DNA of 37,282 bases from Bacteroidota bacterium. GTDB taxonomy: Bacteria; Bacteroidota; Bacteroidia; Chitinophagales; CAIODY01. Made by a program: the position numbers and the translations under genes. The notes beneath the pieces were generated by a model. That model worked only from the letters and a program-made list of their open reading frames with translations, was not told the DNA's origin and searched no databases. The stretch spans positions 1 to 37,282 of the forward strand of contig JBEANU010000273.1 in assembly GCA_041165265.1 (NCBI GenBank). Direction: 5' to 3'. Positions 7,838 to 16,773 of this stretch are shown piece by piece. How positions within the stretch are numbered: position 1 is the stretch's first letter; each line of letters opens with the position of its first letter.

Positions 7838-7920
7838 TCATTTTTTATTAAAAGAAATGTACGCCTTTTAAAGGTGCACAAATTCATTTGTATTTAATTA
7901 TTAATTAAATTAACTAAATC

Positions 7921-9594
7921 ATGTCATCTATTGAAATTTTAAATCCATTAAAAAGATTAGGGCAAGTACTTAATCTTGAAAAAAAAGAAATTAGCTCCAT
8001 TTATTTATTTGCAATTATTTCAGGTTTTTTGCAATTAATTATACCAGTAGGCATACAAGCCATTATTAATTTTTCAATGGCAGGTGTAATAACAACATCA
8101 CTCATACTGCTTATTACCACCGTTTTAGTAGTTATTATTTTAATTGGATGGTTGCAAGTTGGGCAAATGCGCATTATTGAAAAAATTGAACAACGAATTT
8201 TCACCAGATACGCCTTTGAGTTTGCTTGGCGCATTCCTAAAATTGATTTAAAACATGTGGATGATTATTACATGCCAGAGGTTGTGAATCGTTTTTTTGA
8301 TACTATTTCATTTCAAAAAAGTTTTAGCAAATTACTGCTTGATATACCAATTGCAATAATGCAAGTTACCTTCGGAATTATCTTGCTTTCGTTTTATTCC
8401 AGCATTTTTGTAATTTTTTGCCTATTAATAATTGCAGTTATTTATTTGATACTTCGCTTCACAAGCCGAAAAGGGCTTGAAACCAGTATGCAGGAAAGTG
8501 ATTATAAATATCAACTAGTAGCTTGGTTAGAGGAAGTAGCAAGGGTTTTTAAATCATTTCATTTTGCCAAAAACTCAACTTTACCCGTTGATAAAACGGA
8601 TACAATTGTAACCCATTATTTAGAGTCGAGAACTGCACATTTTAAAATATTAGTTGCCCAATATTGGTCATTAATTGCCTTTAAATTTTTAATCACCGCA
8701 TCAACCTTAGTAATTGGTTGCCTACTATTTATCAATAATAAAATTAATGTTGGGCAATTTGTGGCAGCTGAAATAGTGATTATTAGTGTAATGAACGCCG
8801 TTGAAAAATTGGTGCAAAGCTTAGATAAGGTTTATGATTTATTAACTAGTATTGAAAAACTAGGAAAAATAATTGATAAACCATTTGAACAAACTGGAAC
8901 AATAGATTTTATTGATAACCATGCAGGAATGGCCATTGAAATTGAAAATTTAAATTATGGATACGAGCCTAATAAAACTTTAATTGAAAATTTAAATTTA
9001 AATATTCAAGCCGGGCAAAAAGTATGTATCACAGGAAAAGTTGGTTCCGGAAAATCAACTTTATTAAAATTATTAACGGGTTGTTATCATGATTTTAATG
9101 GCAGTATTCGTTTAAATAAATTACCAATTGGTAACTATAATTTACATTCACTCCGCTCTGAAATTGGAATTATGTTTAACCAAACAGAGCTATTTCAAGG
9201 CAGCCTAATTGAAAATATTACATTAGGTGATAAAAGCATATCAATAAACCAAATTTTAAGTTTATCTGAAAAAATTGGCTTGCTTGATTTTATATCCAAC
9301 TCAAAAGAGGGTTTAGATACTTTCATTTCGTCAATGGGCAAAAAACTACCTAATGGAATTGCTCAAAAAATATTATTGGTAAGAGCCTTAGTGGGCAATC
9401 CTAAATTATTATTGTTAGAAAATCCTTGGAATGAAATGGATGAAATAAGCGCTCAAAAAGTTAAACATCTATTATTATCAAATCAATTGCCAGCAACTTG
9501 TTTGGTAATTACCAACGATTTAAGCTTTGAGGCAAATTGCGATTTATCTATAAATTTTGATACCCAAAACATTATTGTTAAAAATAAAATTTAA
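7921..9594 (+). CDS. ABC exporter (fused TMD-NBD, type I secretion/HlyB-PrtD-like, no C39 peptidase domain) with non-canonical catalytic motifs
   Basis: 557 aa. The N-terminal half is multi-TM. Walker A is GKVGSGKST (aa 372-380). The Q-loop reads MFNQTELF. The signature position reads LPNGI instead of LSGGQ. Walker B reads LLLLEN instead of hhhhDE. The H-loop reads ITND instead of ITH. Confidence 0.8.
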   Translation: MSSIEILNPLKRLGQVLNLEKKEISSIYLFAIISGFLQLIIPVGIQAIINFSMAGVITTSLILLITTVLVVIILIGWLQVGQMRIIEKIEQRIFTRYAFEFAWRIPKIDLKHVDDYYMPEVVNRFFDTISFQKSFSKLLLDIPIAIMQVTFGIILLSFYSSIFVIFCLLIIAVIYLILRFTSRKGLETSMQESDYKYQLVAWLEEVARVFKSFHFAKNSTLPVDKTDTIVTHYLESRTAHFKILVAQYWSLIAFKFLITASTLVIGCLLFINNKINVGQFVAAEIVIISVMNAVEKLVQSLDKVYDLLTSIEKLGKIIDKPFEQTGTIDFIDNHAGMAIEIENLNYGYEPNKTLIENLNLNIQAGQKVCITGKVGSGKSTLLKLLTGCYHDFNGSIRLNKLPIGNYNLHSLRSEIGIMFNQTELFQGSLIENITLGDKSISINQILSLSEKIGLLDFISNSKEGLDTFISSMGKKLPNGIAQKILLVRALVGNPKLLLLENPWNEMDEISAQKVKHLLLSNQLPATCLVITNDLSFEANCDLSINFDTQNIIVKNKI

Positions 9595-9602
9595 TTGAAA
9601 AA

Positions 9603-10949
9603 ATGAAATTATTAACAGAAGATATTGAAAAGGAAATAGGCAAACGGTTAAACTCATTCAATAAAATTTATAGGCAAAACAAAACCAGTAGCATCAAATT
9701 AATTTCATGGATTTTGCTTCCCACCGCCTTATTAATTCTATTGCTGCCATGGACCCAAAACATAAGAACCAAAGGCGATATTACTACCAAATATCAGCAA
9801 GATAGGCCCCAACAAATCAATAGCATCATACCCGGCAAAATTGCAAAATGGTATATTAAAGAAGGCGATTATGTAAAAAAAGGTGATACCATAGCGCAAC
9901 TTGCTGAAATTAAAGATGATTATTTAGACCCACTTTTTTTAACTAAAACGCAAGCACAATTAACAGCCGAAAAAAATTACATACTATCCTATCATCAAAA
10001 AATTGAGAGTTATTACCTTCAAATTAATGCATTGGAAAATGAAAAAATGCTTAAAATAAAATCGATAGATAATAAAATTCAACAAACCATTAGAAAGATA
10101 AATTCAGATAGTTTAAAAATGATGGCAGCCAACAATGAATTAACTATTTACGAACGCCAACTAAGTGCAGCCAATAAAATGCACAGCCAAGGCGTAATTG
10201 CGCTTACTGAGTTGGAAAAAAGAAAAGCTAATTTGCAAAACACTAATGCAAAATTTATTGGAGCAACTAATGATTATAATAATACAAAACAAGAATTGGT
10301 AATTATTCAGCTAGATAAAAGTGCCATTGTTCAAACTTATTTAGAAAAAATTGCAAAGGCAAAAAGTGAAATTTTTCAGAGTGAATCACAAATTGCAGCC
10401 GCACAAGGTAAGTTAGCAAAGCTTGAAAATCAATTTGCAAATTATAGTATAAGGGCTGGGCAATATTATATTCTTTCACCACAAGATGGACAAATTATTA
10501 AAGCCAAAAAAGGTGGTATTCATGAAATTATAAAAGATGGAGAAATGATTGTAGAAGTTGTTCCTACTCAATCACAAAAAGCTGCTGAAATTTGGGTTGA
10601 TCCTATGGATTTACAACTTTTAGAGGTTGGGCAAGAAATAAGATTACAATTTGATGGCTTTCCTGCTATTGTTTTTAGCGGTTGGCCCAATCAATCGTAC
10701 GGAACTTTTGTGGGTGAAATTTTGATGATTGAAACCAATGTGGGTGACAATAATAAGTTCAGGGTTTTGGTAACTGAAAATAAAAAAGCCAAAGCATGGC
10801 CCACTGAATTGAAATTGGGTGGCGGTGTTAAAGCATTTGCTATGCTAAAAAATGTACCAATTTGGTATGAACTATGGCGGCAAATTAATGGCTTCCCACC
10901 TGATTTTTACAAAAAAAATGATCCCTCAACTATTTTGAAAAACAAATGA
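9603..10949 (+). CDS. HlyD-family membrane fusion (periplasmic adaptor) protein
   Basis: 448 aa. N-terminal TM segment, lipoyl-like motif IIPGKIAKWYIKEGDYVKKGDTIAQL, a long coiled-coil segment and a beta-barrel C-terminus. Starts 8 nt after the ABC gene. Confidence 0.8.
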   Translation: MKLLTEDIEKEIGKRLNSFNKIYRQNKTSSIKLISWILLPTALLILLLPWTQNIRTKGDITTKYQQDRPQQINSIIPGKIAKWYIKEGDYVKKGDTIAQLAEIKDDYLDPLFLTKTQAQLTAEKNYILSYHQKIESYYLQINALENEKMLKIKSIDNKIQQTIRKINSDSLKMMAANNELTIYERQLSAANKMHSQGVIALTELEKRKANLQNTNAKFIGATNDYNNTKQELVIIQLDKSAIVQTYLEKIAKAKSEIFQSESQIAAAQGKLAKLENQFANYSIRAGQYYILSPQDGQIIKAKKGGIHEIIKDGEMIVEVVPTQSQKAAEIWVDPMDLQLLEVGQEIRLQFDGFPAIVFSGWPNQSYGTFVGEILMIETNVGDNNKFRVLVTENKKAKAWPTELKLGGGVKAFAMLKNVPIWYELWRQINGFPPDFYKKNDPSTILKNK

Positions 10950-12346
10950 AAAAAATAATCCTATCATTTATTCTATTTTATATATCACCTACTATATCAA
11001 CGGCACAAACTGATGATAAAGTTTTGCCTTTAGATACATTTTTACATTGGGTGATACTAAATCATCCTATAGCTATACAAGCTAATCTTAATGTAAAAAT
11101 TGCGGCTGCTGAAATTTTAGCAGCAAGAGGAAGTTTTGACCCAACTTTAAGTTTCAATAATGACTCAAAAAAATTAAGTGGAGTCAATTACTATAATTAC
11201 GCAAATGCTGATTTATCCATTCCTACTTGGTTTGGAGTTAAATTAAATGGTGGATTTGAAAATAATTTGGGCAACCAAATCAGTAATGAACTTACGCCAA
11301 AAGCCAGTACATATGCTGGGGTATCTGTTCCATTATTAAAAGATTTACTTTTTGATAAACGCCGTGCAGCTTTAAAACAAGCTTTAATTTTTAAAAACCA
11401 ATCTGAATGGGATAAAAAAAATACCCTCAATAATTTATATACCGATGCATATATTGCTTATTTAAATTGGGTAAAAGAATATTTAATTTATGGCCTACTT
11501 ACCCGAGTAAATGCCACCAACTCAAACAGATTTAAGTTTACAAAAAAATTGTTTGAAAGTGGTGATAAATCAGCCATTGATACCATTGAAGGGTTAACTC
11601 AATTGCAAAATTTTGAATTACTATTAAATGAATCAAAGCTTAGATTAGTGAAACAATATTATGAATTAAGTAATTTTTTATGGTTAAATAATCAACCCAT
11701 TTACTTAAAAGATAAGATAGTGCCTGATACAACTGTTCTTTCAAATTTAAATTTTACAATTGATACAGCACAGTTTTTTTCACAGTTTGAACAACACCCC
11801 AAAATTCAATCCCTAAACTCTAAAATAAACTGGATTAAAACTGAGCAAAAACTCAAATTTCAATCATTATTGCCGCAAGTAAATGTTAAATATAATTTTT
11901 TACAAAAAGGTTATTATCCATCCGATTTCAATCAAAATCAATTTTTACAAAACAATTATAAATATGGCATTTCGGTGAGCATTCCAATTCCAAACAGAAA
12001 TGCATTTGCGCAGTATAACATGAGCAAATTAAAAGTTGAAATAACAAAAACTGAACAGCAATATCAACTTACAATGCTTAAAAATAAAGCCTCCTACTAT
12101 GTATCTGAAATTGAAAATATAAACAAACAAATTTATGCTACATCAAAATTGGGCGCTAATTACAAATTATTACTTGATACTGAAGAGATGAAATTTCATT
12201 TAGGAGAAACATCTTTATTTTTACTGAACAATAGGGAAATAAAATGGCTAGAATCAATCATTAAACTAACTGAACTAAAATCAAAAATTCTTGTTTCAAT
12301 AATTAGTTTAAAGAATTATTCAAATCAAATTAAAGTTGCCCAATAA
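10946..12346 (+). CDS. TolC-family outer-membrane efflux protein
   Basis: 466 aa. Signal peptide ending STAQ and a two-repeat helical/beta pattern typical of OMF proteins. ATGA overlap with the HlyD gene. Confidence 0.75.
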   Translation: MKKIILSFILFYISPTISTAQTDDKVLPLDTFLHWVILNHPIAIQANLNVKIAAAEILAARGSFDPTLSFNNDSKKLSGVNYYNYANADLSIPTWFGVKLNGGFENNLGNQISNELTPKASTYAGVSVPLLKDLLFDKRRAALKQALIFKNQSEWDKKNTLNNLYTDAYIAYLNWVKEYLIYGLLTRVNATNSNRFKFTKKLFESGDKSAIDTIEGLTQLQNFELLLNESKLRLVKQYYELSNFLWLNNQPIYLKDKIVPDTTVLSNLNFTIDTAQFFSQFEQHPKIQSLNSKINWIKTEQKLKFQSLLPQVNVKYNFLQKGYYPSDFNQNQFLQNNYKYGISVSIPIPNRNAFAQYNMSKLKVEITKTEQQYQLTMLKNKASYYVSEIENINKQIYATSKLGANYKLLLDTEEMKFHLGETSLFLLNNREIKWLESIIKLTELKSKILVSIISLKNYSNQIKVAQ

Positions 12347-12353
12347 ATAATCT

Positions 12354-12361
12354 TAACTTTG
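12354..12361 (+). promoter_or_regulatory. candidate -7 element TAACTTTG
   Basis: TAnnTTTG lies 8 nt upstream of the ATG at 12370, which would give a near-leaderless mRNA. Co-transcription with tolC is an alternative. Confidence 0.25.
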
Positions 12362-12369
12362 CGCCATAG

Positions 12370-12684
12370 ATGAATCAAAACCGAAAATATTTTATTCCTA
12401 TTTTTATAGCATTGGTTTGCTTGATGTATCAGGCCATGCCAATTCATAAATTATTTTCAACTGATTCAGTTTTTTCGGTATCAATGATTGATGAAGATGA
12501 CAATGATGCTGAAAAAGAAAACCCAACTTCAAAAAAAGTAAAATCTGAAGTGGATGATTTTATTACCTCTGATACGGTTTTGCTTTTTGTAAATCCATCA
12601 TCCAATACTATTTATTATTTCCATCATTTACCCAAATCATTTGAGGTAACATCAGTATTTGCGCCACCGCCCGAGTTAGTTTAA
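12370..12684 (+). CDS. 104-aa membrane-anchored protein of unrecognised family, paralogue 2
   Basis: Gap-free alignment with 7523-7837, roughly two-thirds identical by hand count. Identical KYFIPIFIALVCLMYQAMP and VFAPPPELV termini. Confidence 0.7.
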   Translation: MNQNRKYFIPIFIALVCLMYQAMPIHKLFSTDSVFSVSMIDEDDNDAEKENPTSKKVKSEVDDFITSDTVLLFVNPSSNTIYYFHHLPKSFEVTSVFAPPPELV

Positions 12685-12774
12685 TTTCTTGAATTTTCAG
12701 CTTTCAGTTTTCATTGCTTTTTTAAGTAGCAATGATTCGTCATTTATTCAAAAAATTAAATTCAAACATTTTCA

Positions 12775-14409
12775 ATGAACAAAATATTTAGTGAAATCAA
12801 ACCTAATTTATCATCAGGTTTGGTAGTATTTTTAGTAGCACTTCCGTTGTGTTTAGGAATTGCTTTAGCATCAGGTGCTCCACTGTTTTCAGGAATGATA
12901 GCAGGCATTATTGGTGGCATTATTGTAGGAAGTTTAAGTGGCTCGGCATTAAGTGTAAGTGGGCCTGCGGCTGGCTTAGCGGCGGTGGTGTTGGGCTCCA
13001 TTCATAAATTAGGAAGTTATGAAACATTTGTATTAGCAGTGTTTTTAGCTGGCTTGATTCAATTGGCATTAGGCTTTTTAAAGGCAGGTATTGTTGCCAA
13101 TTTTTTTCCGAGTAATGTTATTAAAGGAATGCTGACTGCCATTGGTGTTATTATCATCATGAAGCAAATACCACACTTTTTTGGGTATGATAAAGATGCC
13201 GAAGGCGATTTAGATTTTCTTCAACCGGATGGTGATAACACTTTCACGGCACTGCTTGAACCCTTTTATCATATTGATTTAGGAGCAACTATTATTGGCA
13301 TAGTTTCAATATTAATTATTTTGGGTTGGGATAAATACAAATCAAAAAAAATTGCTTTTATACCTGGTGCGGCGGTGGCAGTAATTATTGCTTCAATAAT
13401 TAATCAACTTTGGATTTCAACCCATTCTAATTTTGCATTGGCATCTAATCACTTAGTACAACTACCAATTTTACATTCGTTTGATGAAATAAAAAATACC
13501 ATTAGCTTTCCTGATTTTTCAAAAATAATGATGAAAGATGTATGGGTAGTAGCTTTTACAATTGCCATCGTTGCATCCATTGAAACACTACTATCATTGG
13601 ATGCCGTTGATAAAATGGATGAACACAAACGTCATTCGCCGGTAAACCAAGAATTGAAAGCACAAGGCATAGGCAATGCATTAAGCGGATTAATTGGTGG
13701 GTTACCTATTACTTCAGTAATAGTGCGCAGTTCAGCCAATGTAAATTCAGGTGCCACCAATAAAAGTTCAGCTATAATACATGGTGTTTTTTTGTTGGTT
13801 TGTGCATTACTCATTCCTACTTTATTGAATAAAATTCCTATCACCACATTAGCATCTGTATTGCTAATTACAGGTTACAAACTCACTAATTTCAATGTTT
13901 ACAAACAAATGTGGAAGAAGGGGAAATATCAATTTGTTCCGTTTATTATAACAGTTGTAGCCGTTGTATTCACTGATTTATTAACTGGTGTAACCATTGG
14001 TATGGCAATGAGTGTATTTGCTATTTTAAGTGGTAATATAAAATTGCCTTATCAATACAAAAAGGAATTTACTGATGAAGGGCATATCATCCGAATTGAT
14101 TTATCACAAGAAATTACTTTTTTGAACAAAGCCGCTGTTAAAGATTTTTTAGATAGAATTCCTACCCAAAGTAAAGTGATTATAAATGCCGAAACCACTA
14201 AATACATTGACCATGATGTGTTGGAAATTATCAGAGATTTTAAAGAAGTAATTGCAGTTGAAAAAAACATCAAAGTTTCAACTACTGGCTTTAGGGATGA
14301 ATACAAAATTGAAAATAGTTTTCCGATGCATGTGGAAGATTATCATTCGCATTCAGATAAAAAAATTATTAAAGACTTAATGGAAAAACACCAACTCTCA
14401 AATCAATAA
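12775..14409 (+). CDS. SulP-family anion (sulfate/bicarbonate) transporter with C-terminal STAS domain
   Basis: 544 aa. N-terminus LVALPLCLGIALASGAP, multi-TM core, and a cytoplasmic STAS-like tail (IIRIDLSQEITFLNKAAV...). Confidence 0.85.
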   Translation: MNKIFSEIKPNLSSGLVVFLVALPLCLGIALASGAPLFSGMIAGIIGGIIVGSLSGSALSVSGPAAGLAAVVLGSIHKLGSYETFVLAVFLAGLIQLALGFLKAGIVANFFPSNVIKGMLTAIGVIIIMKQIPHFFGYDKDAEGDLDFLQPDGDNTFTALLEPFYHIDLGATIIGIVSILIILGWDKYKSKKIAFIPGAAVAVIIASIINQLWISTHSNFALASNHLVQLPILHSFDEIKNTISFPDFSKIMMKDVWVVAFTIAIVASIETLLSLDAVDKMDEHKRHSPVNQELKAQGIGNALSGLIGGLPITSVIVRSSANVNSGATNKSSAIIHGVFLLVCALLIPTLLNKIPITTLASVLLITGYKLTNFNVYKQMWKKGKYQFVPFIITVVAVVFTDLLTGVTIGMAMSVFAILSGNIKLPYQYKKEFTDEGHIIRIDLSQEITFLNKAAVKDFLDRIPTQSKVIINAETTKYIDHDVLEIIRDFKEVIAVEKNIKVSTTGFRDEYKIENSFPMHVEDYHSHSDKKIIKDLMEKHQLSNQ

Positions 14410-14427
14410 CAAATAAAAAAAATAATT

Positions 14428-15039
14428 ATGTACACACATACTAAAGAATCTCAAAGCAATATTGCGCCGCATCAAGCCATTGAATTTTTAATGGAAGGCA
14501 ACAAACGATTTGTAAACAACTTAAAAATAAATCGCAATTTATTACAACAAGTAAATGCTACTAAAGATGGGCAACATCCGTTTGCAGTTATACTTAGTTG
14601 TATTGATTCACGAACATCAGCTGAGTTAATTTTCGACCAAGGATTAGGCGATATTTTCAGCGTTAGGATTGCAGGAAATATTGTGAATGATGACATTTTA
14701 GGAAGCATGGAATTTGCTTGTAAAGTGGCTGGCGCAAAAGCCATAGTAGTTTTAGGTCATACAGGTTGCGGCGCTGTTAAAGGCGCTTGTAATCATGTTG
14801 AAATGGGGCATTTAACAGGGTTAGTAAATAAAATAAAACCAGCAGTTGAAGCCGTTGAATTAAAATATCCTACTGCTAACGGTGAAAAAGTAGATTTAGT
14901 AGCTACAGAAAATGTTCATTTAATGGTAAATGAAGTGAAAAACAGAAGTTCAATTATCAATGAGATGCTTCAACAAAAGCAAATTCAAATCATTGGAGCA
15001 ATGTATAATGTTGAAACTGGGATTGTAAATTTTTATTAA
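14428..15039 (+). CDS. beta-class carbonic anhydrase
   Basis: Zinc-ligand motifs SCIDSR (CxDxR) and GHTGCGA (HxxC). Confidence 0.85.
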   Translation: MYTHTKESQSNIAPHQAIEFLMEGNKRFVNNLKINRNLLQQVNATKDGQHPFAVILSCIDSRTSAELIFDQGLGDIFSVRIAGNIVNDDILGSMEFACKVAGAKAIVVLGHTGCGAVKGACNHVEMGHLTGLVNKIKPAVEAVELKYPTANGEKVDLVATENVHLMVNEVKNRSSIINEMLQQKQIQIIGAMYNVETGIVNFY

Positions 15040-15080
15040 TCATCTAAAAAGAAAATTGGTTTTCGATTGTTTAATGTTAC

Positions 15081-15118
15081 AAAAGCCCTTACATACTATT
15101 ATGTTGGGGCTTTTTGTT
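15081..15118 (+). terminator. rho-independent terminator after the carbonic anhydrase gene
   Basis: aaaagccc-loop-gggctttttgtt. Confidence 0.6.
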
Positions 15119-15235
15119 GTAACAGTTCAATACGCTAAAAAAATATTTATTTATGTATCAACCACCTAAAAAGCAAATTGCCTTTCCACAATTTTTTGTT
15201 TTTAGTTTATTACATTTGCCTACCTAATTACCATC

Positions 15236-16762
15236 ATGAATTTATTTGGCAATATTATAAAAAATGCACTTACACTGCGTAAGCGATTTGAAGCCGGCAG
15301 CAAACTTTCAGCTTATCAAAAACAGCATAAGCAATTGCTAAAATTACTTAAAACTGCCCAATACACTGATTTTGGAGTGCATTATCAATTTTCAAAAATT
15401 CTTACTTCATCATTTCACATACATCAACAATTTAAAACACAAGTACCCGTATTTAATTACAATAAATTATTTGATGAATGGTGGAAACAAACTTTAGAAG
15501 GTCATCAAAATGTATGTTGGCCAGGCAAAGTAAATTATTTTGCATTAAGTAGCGGCACCAGCGAATCGGGCAGCAAACGCATACCCATTACAAGCGATAT
15601 GCTAAAAAGCATTAAGCGTACCAGTATGCGCCAAGTATTAAGTTTAACTGATTTTAATTTGCCTGATGAAACGTTTTCAAAAGGAGCATTATTATTAGGC
15701 GGTAGCACCAAGCTTACTTTTAAACATGAATATTACGAAGGCGATTTAAGTGGTATAAGCGCCAAACACAGGCCAATGTGGTTTCATAGATATTATAAAC
15801 CGGGAAGCAAAATTGCCAAACAAAAAAATTGGGACGAAAAAATAAATCAAATGGTTGAAAGTGCTGATAAATGGGATATCGGCATTATTGTAGGCATACC
15901 CAGTTGGATTCAATTATTATTAGAAAAAATTATTGAACGCTATCAACTTACTACCATTCACGATTTATGGCCCAACTTAAATTTATATATTCATAGCGGT
16001 GTTGCCTTTGAGCCTTATAAAAAATCATTTGAAAAATTATTTGGCAAACAAGTTCAATTTATGGAAAGTTATTTGGCAAGCGAAGGCTATTTTGCTTATC
16101 AAACCAAGCCTGATGTAAGCACCATGACTATGATGTTGAACAACGGAATTTACTACGAATTTATTCCTTTTGATGAACAACATTTTGATGAACATGGCGA
16201 AATAAAAGATGCTTCAAAAACGTATGCCATCAACGAAGTAAAAATAGGCGTTGATTACGCCATGCTCATCAGCACATGTGCTGGCACTTGGCGTTATTTA
16301 ATTGGTGATGTAATACGATTTGCCGATATTGAAAAATGTGAAATAAATATTACTGGCCGAACCAAACATTTTTTAAGCATCACCGGTGAGCATTTAAGTG
16401 TTGAAAATATGAGTAAAGCTATTAGTGCTACTTCAAATGATTTTAATGTAGATATTAAAGAATATACAGTTTGCGCTGAACAATTTGGAAATTTATTTGC
16501 TCATAGATGGTTTATTGGTTGTGATGAAAAATTAGATACAGATGCCGTAAAAACAACTTTAGATCATCATTTAAGGCAGTTAAATGATGATTATGATACC
16601 GAACGAAACTCCGCTTTAAAAGAAGTATTTATTGAAATAATACCACATCAAAAATTTTTAGATTTTTTAAAAGAAGAAGGTAAAGTGGGTGCTCAAATTA
16701 AATTTCCACGAGTGTTAAAAGGGGAACAACTGAAAAGATGGAAAATGTTTTTGGATAAATAA
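15236..16762 (+). CDS. GH3 (auxin-responsive promoter) family adenylating enzyme homologue
   Basis: 508 aa. The overall pattern (FALSSGTSESGSKRIP...YLASEGYFAYQ...TGRTKHFL) matches bacterial GH3-family proteins. TACATTTG lies 17 nt upstream of the ATG. Confidence 0.75.
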   Translation: MNLFGNIIKNALTLRKRFEAGSKLSAYQKQHKQLLKLLKTAQYTDFGVHYQFSKILTSSFHIHQQFKTQVPVFNYNKLFDEWWKQTLEGHQNVCWPGKVNYFALSSGTSESGSKRIPITSDMLKSIKRTSMRQVLSLTDFNLPDETFSKGALLLGGSTKLTFKHEYYEGDLSGISAKHRPMWFHRYYKPGSKIAKQKNWDEKINQMVESADKWDIGIIVGIPSWIQLLLEKIIERYQLTTIHDLWPNLNLYIHSGVAFEPYKKSFEKLFGKQVQFMESYLASEGYFAYQTKPDVSTMTMMLNNGIYYEFIPFDEQHFDEHGEIKDASKTYAINEVKIGVDYAMLISTCAGTWRYLIGDVIRFADIEKCEINITGRTKHFLSITGEHLSVENMSKAISATSNDFNVDIKEYTVCAEQFGNLFAHRWFIGCDEKLDTDAVKTTLDHHLRQLNDDYDTERNSALKEVFIEIIPHQKFLDFLKEEGKVGAQIKFPRVLKGEQLKRWKMFLDK

Positions 16763-16773
16763 AATTTACCGCA

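Noticed and set aside
8001-14744. Antisense ORFs inside the transporter genes: 8001-8234, 11197-11430, 12762-13001, 13632-13847, 14052-14306, 14472-14744
   Set aside because: Each lies opposite a longer ORF with recognisable family motifs. None has independent support.
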